From the NCBI GenBank assembly GCA_044892505.1, contig CM097883.1, positions 119,412,001 through 119,476,000 of the forward strand: a stretch of DNA of 64,000 bases, in the 5' to 3' direction. The notes beneath the pieces are model-generated. The model was given only the letters and a program-made list of their open reading frames with translations. It had not been told where the DNA came from and did not search any database. Shown piece by piece: positions 26,741-39,519 of this stretch (positions are counted from its first letter, which is position 1; the number at the start of each line of letters is the position of its first letter). The stretch is from Schmidtea nova. Lineage: Eukaryota. Position numbers and translations under genes: made by a program.

Positions 26741-28037
26741 TTATTAGTTATTGAACGTGTATCTTTTAATGTAAAAAAAATAATTATCTTGAAGTTTTAT
26801 TGTTTAGCTCTACAAATCACGGAAGAAATAAAAAAAGATGTCAAAACGTCCCGGAAAATTTTTTTTGCTGCAGAAAATTGTGGACTCTACATATTAGTAT
26901 TACATCTCTTATTTTTTAAATTACAATTATTATTTCATATTATCAATTATATCTCCCATATACAATGTGATTTTACAGTAAGTTTGAAAAATAATAATAA
27001 AGATTTTCGTAATAATTGATCATTCTGGATTATAATTAAATAACAATTCACAGATTCAATATTTATTTCAATCAAATTTTTGAAATGCGCCTTACTCTGA
27101 ATAATTTAAACACCTATCACTGGCAATTTCCTAAATAAATAATATTTTTTTTCTAAAACAATTGTTCTCGTTTTATAGTTTGATATTTATTTAATGTATA
27201 TTTATATATTATTATACTGCTAATTAATGTTATATTTATTTAATTAATTCACCATGCCCACTTGTTTAAAAGCTTTTAACTACTATGTCCCTGTAAATAT
27301 TTTTTCCTTTTCATTACTTATGTTAAATACAGGAAGAATAGTCAACACATTCGAAATTAATGATGACTTCAGAATAAGAAGAAAAATATACAGAATAATT
27401 GTACATATGAATGGCAATCAATATCAAACAATGAATCGAATGACAATTAATTTTGACAATATAATTATGACAATTTACAATTTGTGATCTTGCGAACGTT
27501 TATTGACATTTTTTATAAAGATGGACACAATTAATGATAAAATTTTATGTAATTTTGAAAGAATATTTTGTTGTGAAAATATTTTATGTAAATTAATTTT
27601 TTTAACAATTTGGAAAATGGTTTATATTTTGATTTATATTTTAATATTTTAATTCAATAAAATAAATTTATAACAATAATAATAAAAATAAAATAAATAA
27701 ATAATACTGATTGTTTAAATAAATTAAAATAAATAAATTACTGTTTGTTTAAATAAATTATATTTATGACTATAAAGGTAAGCAAAATGAAATAATTCCA
27801 AGGTTAAAAAATAATTCAGTTTTGAAAACAATTTTAATCAATTCAGGTAAAAAAATAACAATCATTATTGGCAGATTAAGTGCCTCAAAAATTAGTATAT
27901 AAACTGATTTTTCAGTCAAATCACCCATAACATTTTCGCTTAGGAAGAATTTCTTTGTTGTCATCTACTTTGAAAACCTAAACTAGAACATAAAGTAAAT
28001 TGAGCTCAGAACCGCATTCAGCATTTCACATTACATA

Positions 28038-28960
28038 TGTTATGTTATTTTACTTTGTTTAAGATCGGTTCCAAGACTTGACTCCTCATTCCCTTTAATT
28101 ATCGAAAATCAATGAAACCCAACACAAAATAATTTATTTGATTATCACCACAAATACAAATTGTTTTTTACCTCAACTTGTTTTAATCAATATAATTTAC
28201 ACTTTCAGCAATTTGCACTTTCTCTCTTTTTCGAATTTGATTCTTACGTTAGAGGTTAAAACTCAATGGGTAATTGCTTTTTCTTGTACGTAATCTCGAA
28301 TAACTATTACTAAAGTCTTTTTTACTTCATCTATTGTCTTTTTAAGATTCCGCAATTACGTTTTCAATTTTATTCCTTTTGACTGAATTGCAATAATAAT
28401 TCTCGTTTTCTAAATTTCCTCAACTGACCAAATTTCGTAAATTTCTTCTAGTTAATCTCTCCTCATCCTTTACTTTTGCGCTGCCTTTTATACATTTTTC
28501 AAATAGCATTTAAATTTAATCAAAACCGAAAGTTACCCAATCTCAGGCTTAATTGGCGCATAAACAAATTACTTTATTTGCGCTCTGGTGGGTTCTCCCT
28601 AATTGTGCCATCTCCCGCCTTTTATCTCACGTGTCTCTAATACGCTTGAGTTTCCTTCATCGCTCGGGCTCCCATTGCCTTAGGCTTAGCATTGTCTCGG
28701 GCTTCCCATTGAGTGATTAATTAATTTTAATTAGTTTTCTTTTACGATATAACTTTCTCTGGGGACCCCCTACTAAATTTTAATTATTTTTGGATTTGTC
28801 TTTTGATTTGGCATTCAACCATACCCATTTCCCCCGATGAATATTAATTTTAAAATTTTGATAAATTTTAATTAATTTTTGCACTTTTATTTATTTTGAT
28901 ATTTCTTTGCGTTTACTATTATTTCTTTTTACTTTTGTGATTTTAATATCAACCCCAACA
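28038..28960 (+). mobile_element. Solo LTR, family 3
   Basis: TGTT...AACCCCAACA termini; 4-bp TSD CATA on both sides; colinear with 6346 and 8459. Confidence 0.8.
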
Positions 28961-29689
28961 CATATATAACATTTACTCACAAATACAAAAAAACAATTAA
29001 ACTGCTGGATGTAATATTATTTTATTTGAGTAATTGTTATATTTTGTTTTAATTAAATAAAATTTATTTCGAAACTATTTATTTATATAAGATCATCAAG
29101 TTAAGTTTCTGGAAGCCTCAATATTTAGCTGATAGCTTCGTTCGTGTAATTTTTGAATTACTGTAAAAAGTTCCATAAATTTGTTTTCTTCTTTCACTCG
29201 ATTATCTTTGTTAGGCAAAAACTAAAATGAAAGTGTAAATTTGTTTAAATGACGTGATAACCCTAAAATCTAAACACGCACAAGAAGTGTATTTTAAATC
29301 TCCCATAGACACTCAATAAATCCCCTAAAAATAAAAAATTTAATTAAGGAATATCATATAATGATATTTCTAATATAAAGTTTAAAATCAAACCTTTAGA
29401 TTAAGATTGGTAATTTAAAAATATAAATAAAATAAAACTGAAAATTAGCGAAATTATAAAATTATTAGTAATATTAATAGAATATTTTGTTAGAATTAAA
29501 ATCAAAAAGAAAACATTAAAAACTTAATATTAAATAGAAATGAAGTCATAAGAGTTGATTTAATCAATCACGCCAAGGTCATAAAAATTGTAATAAATAT
29601 TTACCAACACCAAAAATTCAGTTATGAATTTTTTGCTAAATCGCCATCTTAATTTTTAAGTAAGTTATTAACGGTGTTGAGGTTCTCCT

Positions 29690-30661
29690 AAAGTGAAAAC
29701 ATCAATGGTCAATCTTCAAGTCAAGATGGAAATCAAACATTTCGCCCTCAAGTCTCACAACAGCCAGCAAGAATGAATAATTATTCTCAATTAAGCTCAT
29801 CTAACTCTCATAATGCAAGTAGTCAAATGGAAGTCGTTAGGCGAATAGCAGCTACAATGCAACCACTATCATTTCCGATGCATTTAATCAATCAACAAAA
29901 TCAACCGTCAATTTCCATAATTTCAACTCCGTCGCAAGTAAATCGAAACTCTCAAATAGATTGTGCTCAAATGGTAAGAACGCCAACAAGTTCACAAGTC
30001 TCAGCCACTAACATTTGACAGGCTTTGTATATAATAAAACAGAATTTAATCTCACAAAGTGATAAATCCAAACAAGCTAACAATCATATACCAGATGCCT
30101 GCTGGTCTACAGTTTCCAATCTGTCTTTAATCATTTACAACTCAACGAATATTAGTCTATCATCAATAACAATAAATTCATCTCCAGTCGTTTCACAGAA
30201 TCAAAATGCTACAATTCTTCCAATGAGTAACGTCGACGTTCAGACATTAGATGCGATAAATCGATCGATTTCTCAGCAGAATCCAAAACCAATAAATTCA
30301 ATGCCAGTAAATTCCAATCTTTCTCTCATTCAAGCGGATTCCAAAGTCGCTCAACAGTTGAGTAATGGCTTTCAAAAGAAGTCTCCTCGCACACCGTCGG
30401 GTGTTAATTCACAGGGATACATGTCAATTGGTCAAACATAGGAAGCAACACAAATCAACATGAAAAATAGAAATAACATCAAATCTATCGTAATTTTTTC
30501 ACCAGCTCCATCGAAAATAAACTTAAACACCAACAACGATATTGATAATTCTCTATTAGAAGCTCCATTAAATTCAAAAGTCACAGGAACTCCAATATTA
30601 ACAAAATTTCTTTTCTTTTCGGAACAGAAAATCAGCCCCCCCATATCACCGCGGAGTTACA
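29690..30661 (+). other. Ser/Gln/Asn-rich coding-like fragments occupying the expected 5' LTR position of copy B
   Basis: ORFs 29773-30018, 30025-30441 and 30460-30693; ends in ...GAGTTACA just before the element leader; no recognisable domain. Confidence 0.35.
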
Positions 30662-30792
30662 ATGTTAGCATATTTTATTGTTATATTAAATAATATTATT
30701 ATATATTATTATTATTTATATCATTATTATTAAAATTAACGGGGCCGCCCAATCTTCCTAATTTTATCCTACGTCGCCGATCCTATAGGTCC

Positions 30793-31014
30793 TTATCAAT
30801 ATTTGTAAGGGTTTCCTCTTTCACATTCCACTTTAAACTAGTTCAGGACACGACCATATCAAAACTATCTACATTAATTTGCAAACGATGATTATACAAG
30901 GGACCGACATACATATCTTATAATGGCGCAATATTAAGGAATCAGGACTCACTTTTAAGTTTTGATATATGTTCAGATTCCTTGCTGTTCTGTCATGTAC
31001 CATTGTATGGCGGT
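30793..31014 (+). pseudogene. Ubiquitin-like domain (74 codons, one TGA at 30889) in frame with gag
   Basis: LSIFVRVSSFTFHFKLVQDTTISKLSTLICKR*LYKGPTYISYNGAILRNQDSLLSFDICSDSLLFCHVPLYGG aligns almost without gaps to ubiquitin. Confidence 0.85.
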
Positions 31015-31980
31015 GCACCATCAAGTATAAACAACGATAATGAATTCGATGATAAGAAGCCCAAACCTTTGCCAAAAAAGCCAAGAAATGTTCGAGGCGC
31101 TGCTTCTTCCGACAGTAACTGGAGACAAAATATTAATTGTCCGTTCTTTTTAGATGAGAACCAATCCCCATCTACTTGGTTGCTCACACTCGAAGCCCTG
31201 TTGGAAAGTTGCGGCGTTACATCTTCAAGAGATAAATTCTATAGAATATTATCTCTCATCCCACAGGAACATTTAGGTCGTCTTTCTGTTGTTATTCGCC
31301 GCACAACACAAAAAACCTTTTTAACTCCTTTTGAGGAACTCAGCACAGGACTGCTGGATTTATTTAAAGTTACTAAACAGGAAATATTCTCAAAATATTT
31401 CAAAGCCCAATCTTTAGGAAGTTGTAAGCCGACAGAATTTTTGCAGAAGGCTTTTACAAATCTCGAACAAATGCAAAATGGGACAGCACCGAACCAAAAT
31501 ATTCTACGCCAGTTCTTTTTAAGCGTACTTCCGACACATACACAACAAATCCTTGCTTTATCTTTTCCCGTAGATAAACACGAATTAGCAAACATGGCGG
31601 ACAAAATCGCAAGCCCGCCGATCCCATCATCAACAGAAAACGCCTTTCTTTGCGCCATTCGCGACCTTACAGATCGTATTTCACATTTGGAACGTCATAA
31701 ATCTCCGTCTTGAAATTCATCACTTTCCAATTCGTTTAACCGACGACGTTCCAAATCCCCGGCTTATTCAAACATTTGTTTTTATCACACCAAATATGGA
31801 ATGAAAGCAAATTGTTACAACATAGGATGTGGCTGGCGAAACAAATCAGCTACCCTCAAAATCATTGATAAGTGCATTTATCACGCACGATTTGGGGATA
31901 AAGCAAACAAATGCATTGTAAGTTGCAAATCCTACAATTCACCACAATCTTCTCCAAACAACAATCAAAAAGACTTGTAA
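31015..31980 (+). pseudogene. gag: gag with two tandem CxxH..C..C zinc knuckles; TGA at 31711
   Basis: Single frame from the UBL to TAA 31978-31980; CFYHTKYG..ANC...GC and CIYHARFG.KANKC...C. Confidence 0.88.
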
Positions 31981-34900
31981 TGCCATCACTCGTTGCGGTT
32001 GAAGTTGATGGCAAATTACCTCCTACACTCGATTTATTTTTAGTGAGAGCTGAATCCCCTTCTTTCAGTGTTGCTCCGAACTTTTGCAGTATTCTCGATT
32101 TTCTTGTTGACACAGGATCCAGTCTCTCCATTCTTCCTTTACAATATGAATCTCTTTGCAATGATTCCGTTTATACCTTGAAAGCCACCAACGGAACCAT
32201 GGTGAATACACACGGTTCTTTTTCAGCAAATTTCGTTCTTCCTTCTTTAAACAATCTTTTATATGAAAGTTCTGTGTCGCTGACGTTATCCATTCCATTC
32301 TTGGCTCAGACTTTTTGAGTTCACACAATTTGTTGGTCGATTGTCGTTCACGCCTTTTGAGAACACATTCGCACACAAATTCGTCTTTAGTCATTGACAC
32401 AAAAAAACTCAACATTTCCGACTCATCTGGCGTTTCTGTATCTACTGCCATTAAACCCAATTATCCAAAGATTGCTACAGACATTTTAAATAAATACACA
32501 TTTTCACAGACAATGCCTTTACGAAAGCAAGTCTCTGTAGCATCTTACTGCCATACTATCAACACCACAAACTCTCTTCCGGTACGTTGTAAAGTACGCC
32601 CTCTTTTGAACGAAAAACTAGATTTTGTTCGCTCCGAATTCGCTACTTTGTTGAACGAAGGCATTATAAAAAGATCTAAATCTCCATAGTCTTCACCACT
32701 TCATCTCGTACCAAAAAAAGATGGAACCTTTGGTAAACGACATTTTGTACAGACTTACTGAGGCCAAAATATTTTCAACTATCGACTTAATTAAGGCCTA
32801 TCATCAGATCCCTGTTAAAGAATCTGAAGTGGAAAAAACCCCTGTTTTAGCACCTATCGGACTTTTTGAGTACGTTTTCATGCCGTTTGGTCTTAGAAAT
32901 TCCGCTCAAACCTTTCAAAGACACATCGACCATATTTTAATGGATTTACCATTCGCAATTCCTTATATTGATAATATACTCATTGGTTCTAAGGACGCGG
33001 AAACACACAAGAAACATTTAGATGCAGTTCTTTGCGCACTTTCTTCCAATAACCTACAAATTAATTTAGATAAGTGTTTATTTTTTAAAGAAGAAGTCCA
33101 TTTTTAGGTCACATTATCTCGGGTCAAGGCGTCCGTCCACCATCTGACAGACTAGATACTGTATCTAAGTTTCCTCTTCCACAAACTGTTACTCAACTTC
33201 GGAGTTTTCTGGGAACAGTAAACTATTGCCACCGTTTTATTCCTAAATTTTCAGAAATTCTTTCACCTCTTTAAAGTTACTGTTCTAGACCAAAGAAATC
33301 TATAATTCCTTGGAACGATACTTCGTTGCTCGCTTTTGAGCATGCTAAAACAGCCCTTTCAAACATACAGACTTTGCATTATCTACGTGGAGATTTGCCT
33401 TTACGTTTAACCACAGACGCGTCAAACATAGCAATCGGTGCCGTTTTGCACCAGATAAACGGTTCCATCCCAGGGCCACTAGAATTTTATTCAAAGAAAC
33501 TTACCTCACCACAACAAAAATATTCAGCTTTTGACCGCGAACTTCTCGCTATTTTCCAGTCGGTTAAACATTTTAAGCATTTACTCGAGGGCCGTCTTTT
33601 TAGCATCCATACAGACCATAAGCCACTTGTTTATTTGTTCTCAATGAAAGACCCTTCTCCGAGGCAACAACGCTAGATTAGCTATATTAGCGAATTTTCT
33701 TGCCAAATATACCACATCGCCGGCAGTGATAACATTATAGCTGATTGCCTTTCACGAAATGTAAACGCAATTATCCACTGTCCTTTATTTTCTATCGACG
33801 AACTCCAAAATAATCCTCCAGATGCCATTGATATTTCGAAATTTGGCGCCAAACATAATCAAAGACAAAATTCACTACGACTCATCTCTTCCTGGCACTC
33901 TTCGCCCAATCTTGAATGACTCCTTGAGAAAACCGGCCTTTCTATCTGTCCACAACATACACCACCCAGGTTCCTCAAACACTTTTAATCTATTAAACAC
34001 GTGTGTAGTTTGGCCAAACATGAGACATGATGTTAAACTCTGGGTTGCACAATGCATAGGATGCCAACGTTTTAAAATAACTAAACACACTAAACCTCCT
34101 ATCATTCATTATCCAACTGGCAACCGTTTCGAAAACTTACACATTGACATCGTCGGCCCAATCCCAAGCGACTGTAATTTTTCTTACTTATTAACCATGA
34201 TCGACCGCAAGACTCGCTGGTTCGAAGTTATTCCTTTACGCACCATTTCTTCTAACTTTATCGCAACTTCGCTAATTCAAAATTGGATTTCACGATATGG
34301 AGTTTTTAAGTCAATCATCAGTGATCGCGGAACACAGTTTGAATCTAACTTATTTCAAGCTTTGACCGCTAAACTTTGGATACAACATCTTCGTACCATC
34401 GCATATCATCCACAAACAAATGATTTAGTCGAACGTTTCATCGTACTTTAAAAGCTTCTCTTGGAATTCTTTCTGAACAACAAGGTTGGACAAAGGTTCT
34501 ACCTTTCGTATTATTAGGTTGGCAAAATACACCTTCTAGGACTACAGGATCATCACCTGCTCAATTACTTTTCAGTACAAATACATCGTTACCCGGTCAA
34601 CTTGTCGACTTTGATAACTCTCCTACTTTGGAAGATCTCGCGATTGCTAGAGACCATTTTTTATCAATTGATACTAATCCTGAATTCTCTTCCGCGACCA
34701 TCTATAAGCCTTACATTCCAAAAACATTCGAAAATGCATCACACGTCTATATTAGAAATATAACTGGTGCAAGTTTAAAGCCAAGATATTCCGGACCTTA
34801 CAAGCTCGTCGAGATTAGAGAAAACAATGCGAAAGTGATTGTTAACGACTCTACACAAACATTTAACCTCTGCCGTCTTAAACCAGCTTTAGTTTTACTC

Positions 34901-35365
34901 GATGATGAACCTCCACCTGACAATTTCTCGACTCAAACCGATATAATCCAGAACTCTGACATAAACAATAAAGACCCTATCAATTCCACTGAGGACGATC
35001 TTTCCAACAACTCACCTTCATACCCGATTGTTCAAACATCAGACGCAGAAAACAAAACTACGGAAAACTTCGAATACGTACCGTTTATCCCAGAACCAAA
35101 TGACGTACTTCGTTTACCACCCATTTTGAAGAAAACAAATCAAACACCAAATAAACCAAAGTCCGTTACTTACAACAAATGGGTTCGTGTCCGTTCTATT
35201 AATCAAAAACCGGATTCACCAACCAGACTAATAAGAGTCTATTCAAATTATTTGCATCACTTGTCACCAATTTCTATTAGTCTTTTTCGGTTCCCTCAAT
35301 TTATTTCGAAATTCTTTCTCGGTTTCTTCCTTTACACTCGCAGCTTTTTCCCAGAATTTTTTTAG
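31970..35365 (+). pseudogene. pol: pol (PR-RT-RNaseH-IN), several frameshifts and stops plus an RT deletion near 32730
   Basis: Domain motifs across ORFs 31911-35365. Confidence 0.92.
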
Positions 35366-35629
35366 ACCTCTCAAAATACCATATGATTATACACTAAAAT
35401 TCTATATAGAGTATCTACATTATTGTATTTCAAAATGCGCTCCGCATCTTCCGACGGGGGCTGATGTAGTGGTCTAGAAGAATTGATATTAAAGCTTGTC
35501 TTAAAATATCAATGGAACATGGTCTGCTTCAAACTTCCACTCTATTCAGTGCTATTAGATTTTCAACAATTCATTTTAATGACGAATTAACTCCAAAAAC
35601 AATCAAATTGCTAATAATTGAAGCTATAG

Positions 35630-36400
35630 AATGGTCTTGAAATCATGTCTCAGAGTCCTAGCGTTACGCAGTAATGGATTACACAATGAAGCTGTTAAGC
35701 TTGCCTTATCAATTTGTCGATATCTTATTGGTCAACGTCCTCAAATCACTACACAATCTCGGCAAACCAAACCTATAGAGCCGACTACGCCGGCTAATCA
35801 GTCCTGTAGTTGTTGTCTGGATAATTTATCATCGATAGACTCTAAGTCAACTGCAATATCATCATTCAATTGCCTCCTTCAAAAATACTCCAACTGTACT
35901 GATATTACTGAAAATAGTAACGATTCTGAATGACAAACATGTGAGTTTTCTACCCCAGAATCCTTTATAAAATCGTCAGAAATTTCAACTACTGTTTTAA
36001 TGTCTTCCTCCACCGATTCATTAGTGTCTTCGCCACTTCCAACGAGTTATCCAAACATTAAAAATGTCACAATAAACTCAAATAAATCATTTTTTACCTC
36101 TACATGTTTTATGCAGTCGTGCTCGCCACTGTGGATGTCCTCGTCTAAACCTCCTTTACTTTCAACTAATGTGGAATATAGTCTCAATCCATCTGCATCG
36201 AAAATTTGCTCTCAAAGCGGTCCGAAATCCAATTTAATAGTAGAAACAACATTAGGACTACCAAACCGGCTTCCACAGTAACATGCGAAACAACATTCTC
36301 AATATTGACGCGTTTAATGTCGCCCTACTGAAAATGCAAGGCTGTGCAAAGAAAACTAGACCTGGCGTTATTAGCTTATGAGAAGGAAGAATCGAAGCTC
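35630..36400 (+). pseudogene. ZSWIM4/5/6-like fragment immediately after the PPT and TGTAGTG of copy B
   Basis: SCLRVLALRSNGLHNEAVKLALSICRYL versus recalled ZSWIM6 [28 protein letters not shown]; weaker LIVETTLGL match downstream. Confidence 0.55.
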
Positions 36401-36769
36401 ATCAGTTGCGAATATGTTCTACCATTGTTTCAGGAGAGTAATATGCGTCTGACTTTGTAAAGCCTGCTTTTATACTGCTGCTGAACACATGTTGCATGTG
36501 TTTTTATATTCTTGTATTGTTAAAGTAGAATATACCAATATTGGCTTTTATCTATCAATATTTGATATATGGATGAGCAAAGGGTTCTAAATATGATGAT
36601 AAATATAGGATGATACTCTCAGACAATAAAACAAATGTCGATAGCACAGTATTTTTTTAGTAATTTAAAATTTAAGGGGTTGCCCCACCAGTATCAGTAA
36701 TTGTCCGCCCATTGATTCATTCCTGGCGCCGGGCCCGAACACATCTCAAAGTGAAGCGAGATACTCGTA

Positions 36770-39379
36770 CCACTAAATGATCTAAACAAAAATAAAAGCA
36801 ACGTTAAAATCAACTGGAACAAACAACTAGAAAGTGTTTTTGAAAAAGCAAAAACAAATCTATCCAACACAAGTCTATTGAACTACCCCGACCCAAACTT
36901 AACATATATCCTCAACACTGATTGTTCTGGAAATGCAATGGGAGATACAATATACCAAGATAAACATAACGAAAAAAGACCCATTGCATTTTTCTCAAAA
37001 AAACTCAAAGCTCATCAAATGCGATATTCCACTTTTGACAAGGAACTGCTGGCGGTACACGACACAATAAAACACTTTCAATACCTCTTAGAAGGGAAAG
37101 AATTTGAAGTTTATACAGACCACAAACCCCTAGTAAACGCAATCAACATGAAATTGCCATTACCAAGACAAATACGGCAATTAAATTACATCTCACAATT
37201 TAATTGCGAAATCAAATAAATAGCAGGCGCAGCAAATATCTGTGCAGACATACTTTCACGAATCGAAACACAAACAAATGCAATCAGTATAATTCCGATA
37301 GTGAACCAAGAAGCTATGAAAAACAAACAAGAAATTACAATAAAAAAACTTCCCAAAATTGAACTCAATAGTGTTTAGAGAGATTGACGGAATCTGGTAC
37401 GACATATCCAATGAAAACATCAAAAGATTAATAGTACCCGAGAACCACAGAAACGAACTTATTCAACAGTTCCACAACATATACCACCCAGGAACAAAAG
37501 CCACATACGAACTCATACACACAAAAGTCGTATGGTCAAACATGAGAAAAGACATCAAAGAATTTGTCAACTCATGTTTAAATTGTCAGAAAAACAAAAT
37601 AACAAAAAGAATCAAAACACCAAAATTAAATTCCCAACATCCGAACCTTTCGAAACAGTCAACGTAGATCTAGTAGTACCACTTCCACCCAATAACAACT
37701 ACAAATACCAACTAACAATGATTGATCGGAAAACAAACTGGTTTGAAACAATACCAATCAAAGAAATCACCACTAAAACCGTCTGCGAAAACATAGAACT
37801 GAATTGGTTCGCAAGATACGGATGCCAAAAAACAATCATCAGCGACCAAGGCAGACAATTTGAATCCGATTTATTCAAAGGACTATGCACAAAATATAAA
37901 ATAAAAAAGTCAGAACAACATCATATAACCAACAGTCAAATGGCAAAGTAGAAAGACTTCACAGATCCTTAAAACAAGCGATACGGACTAAAGCTAATGA
38001 CAGAAACTGGTTAGAAAAACTGCCAGAAATACTAATCGGACAATGAAATAACCCATCTTCGATAAATAATAAAAGCCTTAGCCAACTAACTTTCGGACAT
38101 TCAACAAACCTCCCAAACTTAATAAAAAATATCGAAAACATTGGCAAAACATTCGAAGTCAAAGCACAAACAAAGAAAAACGAAATAAAAGAAGCTTTCG
38201 TAAATAGAAATGACAAACACAAACATTCAAAAACAAATCTCATCGTCGAGTCGGTATTAATAAAAAAACATTCACCAGCGGTTTCGAATCAAAATATGAA
38301 GGTCCCTACAAATTAATCAACCTGAATAAAAATGTGGGCACACTACTAATAAACAACAGGGAAATCAGAATCAATATTCGCAGATTAAAACTCTATCAAT
38401 ATAACAAACAAACAACACAAAACCAAATTAATAAAAAACCCCAACAACTTCCTAACAGAAATACAACAATTATACCAATACAAAACAAACGATACAGCGA
38501 CTGCCTCAAATTAAAACACCAACACACACAAGCAAAACACATGCACAAACAATGTTGGTTGTACAGTTTTTATTTTTTTTGTTAAATCGTTGTAAAACAA
38601 AAAACAAAGACAAAACAAAACAAATAAAATGGTTTTAGGTTAACTGTTAATGTTAAAATGTAAATTTTTAAAATTTTATTTGCATGTTAACCTCAGGTTC
38701 TAAAGGGGAAGTTGTGTAATGTTCACGATTTTGTGTGGTTATGCCCCTCCCCTTCGCTGTTAATTTTTATTTTTTATTTGTAATTAAATGTATAATTATT
38801 AAATTTCAAATTATGAATTTGAATAATTATAGTAAGCCAAATCACAAAATAAAAAAAATTGATTTTAAAATAATTTTATTATTTGTTCAAGAAACCAAGG
38901 AATATTAAAGAATATTAAATAACCCAAGAAAATATTAAAGAACAAGAGAATTTTAAAGAATATTAAAGAATATCAAAGAATCAAATATTAAAAAACCGAA
39001 GAATATTAAAGAATATTAAAAAACCCAAGAAAATATTAAAGAACCGAAGAATATTAAAGAATATTAAAGAACCAAATATTAAAGAACCAAAGAATATTAA
39101 AGAATATTAAAGAACCAAAGAACCAAATTAATCCGAACATTATTCCAAAACATTCCAATACCGTGAGTAGTCTTTGATTCGTTTTTCTTATTAAATAAAA
39201 TTTATAAACTAGTTAGTTTTGTTCGTTTGTTATCGTACACACACGCACCACATATATATCAAACACCCCAACTGTCCCAACAATAAGTTTTGGGAGACTC
39301 TTTTGGGCCCTTCAGTAATTTCCAGTACACAACAATATACCCATTGCATAACACAAACTAATAAAATACTACTATAATA
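36770..39379 (+). mobile_element. pol: Ty3/gypsy family 1, copy C: 5'-truncated (RNaseH-IN) plus 3' LTR 38713-39379
   Basis: LNTDCSG, YSTFDKELL, IISDQGRQF, closely parallel to copy D pol; PPT AAAGGGGAA at 38702-38710; LTR TG...TATAATA. Confidence 0.92.
38890..39125. repeat. AAGAATATTA-based minisatellite inside the copy C LTR
   Basis: Repeated AAAGAATATT and AAAGAACC units. Confidence 0.9.
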
Positions 39380-39519
39380 GAGTTATACGATTTGATATAA
39401 ATAAATATAAATACAATACTACAAATAAAATATTCATTTGCGTCTTTGAATACCATATCGCATTTCAAAAAAATGTAATAGGGTTTTAGACGTTAATTAT
39501 TTTGAACAGACCTTGCGCT

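Larger units (their letters stand above)
30662..35464 (+). mobile_element. Ty3/gypsy family 2, copy B: internal region UBL-gag-pol, degenerate
   Basis: gag homologous to copy E; PR FLVDTG; RT (PFGLRNSAQTFQ, YIDNIL); RNase H TDAS; integrase IISDRGTQF; PPT GACGGGGG at 35453-35460. Confidence 0.93.

Noticed and set aside
35150-35200. RVxF-like PP1-docking motif in post-integrase tails (KSVTY, KHISF)
   Set aside because: Too short and degenerate to support.
38890-39125. Possible CRISPR-like array
   Set aside because: No unique spacers; a degenerate minisatellite inside an LTR in eukaryotic context.
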